Source of the DNA: an uncultured Roseovarius sp.
GTDB taxonomy: Bacteria > Pseudomonadota > Alphaproteobacteria > Rhodobacterales > Rhodobacteraceae
DNA length: 64,000 bases
Assembly: GCA_947499555.1 (NCBI GenBank)
Contig: CANMOU010000003.1
Span: 258,979 to 322,978 of the forward strand
Direction: 5' to 3'
Shown here: one piece after another, positions 58,805-64,000 of the stretch
How the letters are laid out: each line of letters begins with the position of its first letter
Numbering within the stretch: the stretch's first letter is position 1
Notes under the pieces: generated by a model
Told to the model about the DNA's origin: nothing
Database searches by the model: none
The model's input: the letters and a program-made list of their open reading frames with translations, nothing else
Program-made: the position numbers and the translations under genes

Positions 58805-59488
58805 ATGATTTGCCTGGAAAACGTTTCAAAAACCTTCACGCTGCACAACCAAGGCAGCGCGATCATCGACGTCATCAGTGATGTTTCTTTCTCGGTCTCT
58901 GGCGGCGAATGTGTTGCGCTGACCGGGGCGTCAGGCGCGGGCAAATCCACGTTGATGCGAATGATCTACGGCAACTATCTGACGCAATCCGGCGCGATCC
59001 GGATTGGAGACGTGGACCTGGTTCAAGCCGAACCCAGAGATGTGATTGCCCTGCGCCGCGAGGTTCTCGGCTATGTCAGCCAGTTCCTGCGGGTTGTGCC
59101 GCGCGTGCCGACCCTAGAGGTTGTCGCAGACCCTCTACGGGCTGTTGGTGTGTCGGCGGAAGATGCCAGCGACCGTGCGCAGGTCTTACTGAGGCAACTC
59201 AACATCCCGGAACGACTTTGGAGTTTGTCGCCCACGACCTTTTCGGGTGGTGAGCAACAGCGGGTGAACATCGCGCGCGGCTTTGCCCACGCCTATCCCG
59301 CAATGCTTTTGGATGAACCGACCGCGAGCCTTGATGCGGTGAACCGGGAAATCGTTCTGTCACTCATCGAAGAGGCCAAGGCGCGGGGGGCTGCAATCAT
59401 TGGCATCTTCCATGATGAGGCCGCCCGGGCACGCGTGTGCGACCGTGAAATTGACGTCAGCCGATTTGCTTCAGGAGTTGCCGCATGA
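58805..59488 (+). CDS. phnL: C-P lyase ABC-type ATPase PhnL
   Basis: Walker A GASGAGKST, signature FSGGEQQR. Confidence 0.9.
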   Translation: MICLENVSKTFTLHNQGSAIIDVISDVSFSVSGGECVALTGASGAGKSTLMRMIYGNYLTQSGAIRIGDVDLVQAEPRDVIALRREVLGYVSQFLRVVPRVPTLEVVADPLRAVGVSAEDASDRAQVLLRQLNIPERLWSLSPTTFSGGEQQRVNIARGFAHAYPAMLLDEPTASLDAVNREIVLSLIEEAKARGAAIIGIFHDEAARARVCDREIDVSRFASGVAA

Positions 59489-60030
59489 GACAGGGCCGTT
59501 TGATAGCTGTTGTCGGCGCATCCGGTGTTGGCAAGGATAGCGTCATTTCCGGCATTCATGAAGCAACTCCTGGATCGTATGTGGTGCGGCGTGTGATCAC
59601 TCGCGATCCCCAACTCGGAGGTGAGATCTTTGACGCCGTGTCTGTGCCTGAGTTTCAGGCCCTCGTTCAAGATGGAGCCTTCGTGGTGCACTGGAAGGCA
59701 CATGGACTGCATTATGGAATCCCAGTTTCGGCGAAATTCCAGTTAAACAAAGGGACTGATTGTCTGGTCAATCTGTCCCGTGACGTCTTGGCCGAAGCCA
59801 GCAAAATCTTTCCAAATCTTTTGGTTCTGAACATTACTGCAGAGCCAGAAGCTCTTGCGAAACGCCTTGCCGCACGGGGGCGCGAAACCGAAGAAGAGAT
59901 TGCAAGACGGCTCGTGCGGGCCACGAAGCCGTTGCCGCCTGGGCTTGAAGTGGTTCACCTGTCAAACGACGGTCCATTGGCTCAGACGGTCGCCCGCGCA
60001 ACGGCGCTTCTCCAGTTGTTGGAGGTATGA
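59485..60030 (+). CDS. phnN: Ribose 1,5-bisphosphate phosphokinase PhnN
   Basis: P-loop VVGASGVGKDS; guanylate-kinase-like fold, 181 aa. Confidence 0.85.
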   Translation: MRQGRLIAVVGASGVGKDSVISGIHEATPGSYVVRRVITRDPQLGGEIFDAVSVPEFQALVQDGAFVVHWKAHGLHYGIPVSAKFQLNKGTDCLVNLSRDVLAEASKIFPNLLVLNITAEPEALAKRLAARGRETEEEIARRLVRATKPLPPGLEVVHLSNDGPLAQTVARATALLQLLEV

Positions 60031-60100
60031 CGATGCTCCATGGCCCTCCCCAGCGTTGTCGCTGCAAGAGACATGATTTATCACAAGGTGGATATTAACC

Positions 60101-61294
60101 ATGAACTCACCTTTTCCCGCGTCTATTGTGACCAGACCTTCTGACAATGACACGCCTCATGATTTATGCCTTGCAAATGCGCAATTGGTTTTGCCGGATC
60201 AGGTGGTTACCGGCATCTTAACCATCGAAAATGGCATCATTTCGGACATTGTCGAAGGTGGCCGGGTTCCGGACGGTGCCGTGGATTGCGCAGGTGATTT
60301 TGTTCTGCCCGGTCTTGTGGAGCTGCATACCGACAATGTTGAACGCCACATCGAACCGCGGCCTGCGGTCGACTGGCCACATCTGCCTGCTCTGATTGCG
60401 CATGATGCCGAACTGGCGTCAACCGGCATCACGACCGTGTTCGATGCCATGCGGGTTGGGTCCATTCACAGCGGCAAGGGACGCTACATTGACTACGCAC
60501 GTGGGTTGGCGGACGAATTGCTGGCGGCCCGCGCGCAAGGAATGTTCAAGATCAGCCATTTTCTGCACCTCAGGGCAGAGATTTGCTCTGAAACGTTGCT
60601 TGACGAACTGGCTCGCTTTGGCCCGGAAGACCGCGTTGGCATCGTCAGCCTGATGGATCACACACCTGGACAACGCCAGTTCCGCGACCTGAGCGCCCTG
60701 AAAACATATATCGCCAAGAAGCGCGGCATGAATGATGCGGAGTTTGCGGAACATGTGAAGAACCTGCACATCTTGCGAGAGCGCTTCGGTGCAAAGCACG
60801 AAGCCGGTGCCGTGGCCGAGGCGGCCCGTCTGGGCGCGGTTCTGGCAAGCCATGATGACACCACGGCAGAGCATGTTGCCACATCCGCGCATAATGGCGT
60901 GGGCTTTGCCGAGTTCCCAACGACGATTGAAGCCGCCAAGGCCTGCCGCGATCATGACATCGCTGTCATGATGGGGGCCCCGAACCTGATCCGGGGCGGC
61001 TCGCATTCAGGCAATGTCGCAGCCGATGATCTTGCGACGTCGGATCTTCTGGATATTGTTTCATCCGACTATGTGCCGTCAGCGCTCTTGTTATCGGCCT
61101 TTCATTTGGCGCACATCTGGAACGACTTGCCCCGCGCTGTTGCTACCGTGACAGGCAATCCGGCAAGGGCAGCGCAATTGGAGGATCGCGGTGCGTTGCA
61201 AAAGTGTCTGAGGGGAGATGTCTTGCGCGTGCGCACAGTGAGCCAGACACCTTTTCTGCGGGGTGTCTGGAGCCAAGGCAGGCAAGTCGGCTAG
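60101..61294 (+). CDS. phnM: Alpha-D-ribose 1-methylphosphonate 5-triphosphate diphosphatase PhnM (amidohydrolase family)
   Basis: The metal-binding HTD motif (ELHTDNVERH) and amidohydrolase fold; 397 aa. Confidence 0.85.
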   Translation: MNSPFPASIVTRPSDNDTPHDLCLANAQLVLPDQVVTGILTIENGIISDIVEGGRVPDGAVDCAGDFVLPGLVELHTDNVERHIEPRPAVDWPHLPALIAHDAELASTGITTVFDAMRVGSIHSGKGRYIDYARGLADELLAARAQGMFKISHFLHLRAEICSETLLDELARFGPEDRVGIVSLMDHTPGQRQFRDLSALKTYIAKKRGMNDAEFAEHVKNLHILRERFGAKHEAGAVAEAARLGAVLASHDDTTAEHVATSAHNGVGFAEFPTTIEAAKACRDHDIAVMMGAPNLIRGGSHSGNVAADDLATSDLLDIVSSDYVPSALLLSAFHLAHIWNDLPRAVATVTGNPARAAQLEDRGALQKCLRGDVLRVRTVSQTPFLRGVWSQGRQVG

Positions 61295-61586
61295 CTAACG
61301 GGAATTTGTCGGCGAGACAGTCTGAGCGGCATCTTCCTGATGTCGAATGAGTTTGCCTCGATTGCCTGCGGCAAAGACTTTCACTGGGAATGTTTTCGTC
61401 ACAACGGATCCTGCCCCGACTGTTTCAAAAACATCAAAAATTAGGGCTGAGTGATCCTCTTTCGACAGTGTTGCACATGTCAACGCTGGTTGCATGCTTT
61501 CCTAGACGCGTCGTTCGCATTCGCTGCATTGCGGCCAAGGGAACCCAATCGACAAGCCCTTGGACTCGCGACGTTCGTGGCTGTGC

Positions 61587-62822
61587 TTAGTCTAGTGTAA
61601 AGAGCTCCTGACGATCCCTGACACCGCGAAGGCGATATTGGCCAAGCGAAACAAGTTCGGGCACGCTTTCTAAAAGCGGATTGGCCACCTTGGCCGAGAT
61701 CACAATGGTCTGATCGAGGGGACTGCACATGCCCAGGATGCGTGAGGTTGTGTTGACCGCAGGGCCTATCACCGTGAAATCAAGCCGGGTCTTACCGCCA
61801 ATATTTCCATAGAGAACGTCACCCGCGTGCAGAGCCAACGTAAAGCCTGTGGTTACCCAGCCATCCGACGCCCGTTGCTCATTCAGCGACGCAAAGGCAC
61901 CGCGCAGTTCCAGACCGGCCCCAATTGCAACGCGCCGCGCATCGGGGATCTGGTCCATGTCGAAAATTGCCAGCAAACCATCACCCATGAACTTCAATAC
62001 GTTCCCGCCATGGCTTTCAACGACATCTACGACCACCGCAAAATAGTCATTCAGCATGTCGATAATCGCGGTGCCGGGCAAGGTTTCCGACAGCTTGGTG
62101 AAACCCTCCAGATCGAAATACCAGATCACCGCCGAAATCGTCTGCGAGGACCCCCGGATGATATCCCCGGATAGCACGCGCTTGCTTGCATCTCGGCCCA
62201 TATATGCGGCCGTGATATCTTCGGCCATCTGCCGGTTTGCTGCGGATTTGAGGGTCAGGCAAAGAGGCGGCAGCAATTGGCGCAATCCATCAAGATGGGC
62301 GTCGGAAAACCCATCCGGCGCATCGGTGGTCAACGAGATCACAACGCCTTCTTCGGCCTGGTTTGGATCCACGGAGGCCGCATTGTCCTCTCGAAGAAAC
62401 AGTCTCTTGGCGGCAAAGTAGTCCGTGGCACCAAGTTCGCGGAAATCGTCGAAGATCGGGAAATTCAACGCTGGGTTCTGCACGTTCAGTTTTTGCCTGA
62501 TCTCATCTGTTTTATGACTCAGCAGATAATAAATTGGACTGAGAAGGTATTCTTCTGTGGTTTCTGACGAGCGCTGAAAATCTTCTCTTTCGTTTTCGCC
62601 ATCGCGGTTCCAACGGAAGGCCACCGCTCCAATCTCGGGATGATGTGCTTGCATGGCAACGCTCACGCGCTGCAAAGGTATTCCAGCGGCGGCGAGCCGG
62701 TTGCAAAAGCCATCAAGCCAGTTTTCGACGGGTGTGTTTTCAAGCCCCTGCTGGATCAACCAATCCGTCAGATCGCTGAGCGCTGCGGTTATCTCCCAGT
62801 CTTCGAGTATTGGGGCTGCCAT
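61587..62822 (-). CDS. Class III adenylate/guanylate cyclase with N-terminal sensor domain
   Basis: The C-terminal CYCc domain (VIWYFDLEGFTKL...KFMGDGLLAIF...TVIGPAVNTTSR); the N-terminal ~230 aa are unassigned. Start at MAAPILEDW. Confidence 0.8.
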   Translation of the reverse strand: MAAPILEDWEITAALSDLTDWLIQQGLENTPVENWLDGFCNRLAAAGIPLQRVSVAMQAHHPEIGAVAFRWNRDGENEREDFQRSSETTEEYLLSPIYYLLSHKTDEIRQKLNVQNPALNFPIFDDFRELGATDYFAAKRLFLREDNAASVDPNQAEEGVVISLTTDAPDGFSDAHLDGLRQLLPPLCLTLKSAANRQMAEDITAAYMGRDASKRVLSGDIIRGSSQTISAVIWYFDLEGFTKLSETLPGTAIIDMLNDYFAVVVDVVESHGGNVLKFMGDGLLAIFDMDQIPDARRVAIGAGLELRGAFASLNEQRASDGWVTTGFTLALHAGDVLYGNIGGKTRLDFTVIGPAVNTTSRILGMCSPLDQTIVISAKVANPLLESVPELVSLGQYRLRGVRDRQELFTLD

Positions 62823-63254
62823 GCTGTCCTCTTCTCGTGATCGAGTCGGCAAAACAATGACGATCGCCTTCACCAATGTGAAGTTCAATCAGGATACGTA
62901 TTGTGTTGCGTCTGCATCAAAGTTGTTTCGCCCTCTACCGCCAATACGTGAAACTCGATAACGCCCCGCCATCAGGCGGTAAGTGTAATTCTTCTTATGC
63001 CTCCGACCATTGCCCGCGTGAAGACTGATGCCGGATGTCACGAAGGCGCCAGCGATGGCTTTTTCCGCAATCGCGGAGTCGAACCATGTATAGGCCTCGC
63101 CCATGCAGCGAAGTTAAGAAAAGAAGAGCTGCAACGCAGAATCGCGAAGTGGTGTCCGCTCCAAACTCAAAACAGCCTTTATGGGTTCACCGTTTGCGCA
63201 ATTCGGCATAATGATGTTGCACCTTCTTTAGCGGGACATACCACGCGGCCGCAG

Positions 63255-63788
63255 ATGAAAATTACCAGAACCGATCTTGTGTTTATTGGCCTGGCCGTTG
63301 GCTTGGGAGCGCTCTGCCACGCAATCGCTGGACCGCATGCTTTTCGCGAGGCTTTGTTGCAGGCGGGTGCTCTTTTGTTGACCATCCTGCCACAGCTGGT
63401 GGGCGGCCTGCTGATCGCCGGACTGATGAAGCAATTGATCGGCAAAGACAGGATCCGCGCGTCGCTTGGTGAAAATTCTGGTCTGCGTGGCTTGGGTATT
63501 GCGACGGTTGCGGGAACATTGACACCGGGCGGACCGTTCATGTCATTCCCCATCGTTTATGCGTTGTGGACCGCCGGTGCCGAAGCCGGAGCGTTGGTAA
63601 CTTACATAACGGCTTGGGCGCTCTTGGGTTTTGTCAAAATGATTGTCTGGGAGCTGCCACTTATGGGGGTTGAGTTCACATGGGTTCGCTTTCTTGTATG
63701 CCTCCCTCTTCCCATCTTGGCCGGTCTTCTGGCGCGGCGCTTGGCGCGGACCGGTTCGTTTCAGCTCAATAGTCCGGTCGATCCATGA
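63255..63788 (+). CDS. Predicted permease (DUF318/two-component permease family) membrane protein
   Basis: Start at MKITRT (ATG 63255); 177 aa with 5-6 TM helices. The ORF-track start at 62997 is over-extended. Confidence 0.55.
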   Translation: MKITRTDLVFIGLAVGLGALCHAIAGPHAFREALLQAGALLLTILPQLVGGLLIAGLMKQLIGKDRIRASLGENSGLRGLGIATVAGTLTPGGPFMSFPIVYALWTAGAEAGALVTYITAWALLGFVKMIVWELPLMGVEFTWVRFLVCLPLPILAGLLARRLARTGSFQLNSPVDP

Positions 63789-64000
63789 TCATGGCACTCG
63801 GATTGATATGGTTTTGTGCGTTTGTCTTGACATCGCTTGTCTTTCGACGGTCAGGCAAACCGGGGCTTGGTGCTGCCGGGAAAGAGGCTTTCGATACTTT
63901 CAAGCCTTTGGTCATCCGATTGCCTTGTGCTCTGCTGGCAGCCGCGTTTCTTATTCAGATCATGCCTGTCGAATGGGTCTCCAATTTGATTGGCCGGGAG
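63785..64000 (+). CDS. Second permease-family membrane protein, 3'-truncated by window end
   Basis: ATG 63785 overlaps the previous stop (ATGA). It encodes MIMALGLIWFCAFVLTSLVF... and runs to the window end without a stop codon. Confidence 0.45.
   Translation, partial: MIMALGLIWFCAFVLTSLVFRRSGKPGLGAAGKEAFDTFKPLVIRLPCALLAAAFLIQIMPVEWVSNLIGRE

Overview
The window reads as a high-GC alphaproteobacterial chromosome segment, judged from gene content and a VPLPA-CTERM protein typical of Rhodobacterales. It is mostly housekeeping and transport operons, with a few small accessory insertions.

Genes in order:
- 1-4612: the 3' part of an mrp/pha multisubunit cation/H+ antiporter operon, mrpA(B)-C-D-E-F-G.
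- 4643-13646: a divergent locus. A LacI-family regulator faces a minus-strand operon of a 775-aa DUF1989-aminomethyltransferase (GcvT-like) fusion enzyme plus a Dpp/Opp-type peptide ABC transporter (dppA-B-C-D-F-like). Two TGTAACCGGTTACA operator palindromes sit in the shared intergenic region.
- 13784-20264: a LysR regulator divergent from a minus-strand operon. The operon encodes a D-cysteine-desulfhydrase/ACC-deaminase-family PLP enzyme, ProX/ProV/ProW betaine-type ABC components (ProW carries a long N-terminal extension) and an alpha/beta hydrolase.
- 20345-22035: tRNA-Gly(CCC), then a 1.6-kb low-GC insert bounded by a perfect 44-bp direct repeat of the tRNA 3' half. It holds two orphan genes, a tail-anchored acidic protein and a secreted Gly/Ser/Val-repeat protein, and no integrase.
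- 22622-30556: cmk, rpsA, a methyltransferase on the minus strand, ihfB, a LapA-like protein, trpF, a GNAT acetyltransferase, a secreted YARHG/SH3-like protein on the minus strand, and trpB.
- 30936-32575: an atypical tRNA-Asn(GTT)-like gene, about 420 nt of structured non-coding DNA, and an SPFH/band-7 protein.
- 32804-39941: a VPLPA-CTERM secreted protein, several small enzymes (carboxymuconolactone decarboxylase family, DUF2237-like, ABM monooxygenase), a beta-lactamase-family hydrolase, pth, an FkbM methyltransferase, rplY, lldD and a MaoC dehydratase.
- 39942-41977: trpA on the opposite strand, 9.4 kb from trpB, then ychF.
- 42058-46251: an MtfA-like peptidase and a tupABC-type tungstate transporter with an HTH-PBP regulator.
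- 46359-47891: a second mini-island. A 47-nt 5' fragment of tRNA-Ser lies 1.4 kb upstream of the intact tRNA-Ser(GCT). The AT-rich DNA between them carries a 2-TM membrane protein, an ImmA/IrrE (HEIAH) metallopeptidase and iteron-like tandem repeats.
- 48044-49272: an aldo/keto reductase and a small secreted protein.
- 49488-61294: a complete C-P lyase phosphonate cluster. It runs phnCDEE-acetyltransferase, then a divergent phnF, then phnGHIJKLNM.
- 61587-64000: a class III adenylate cyclase and the start of a two-gene permease pair.

The two tRNA-associated mini-islands are the best candidates for undescribed accessory or defence-type modules. The DUF1989-GcvT and DcyD/ProXVW loci and the SPFH region are the other unexplained features worth a closer look.
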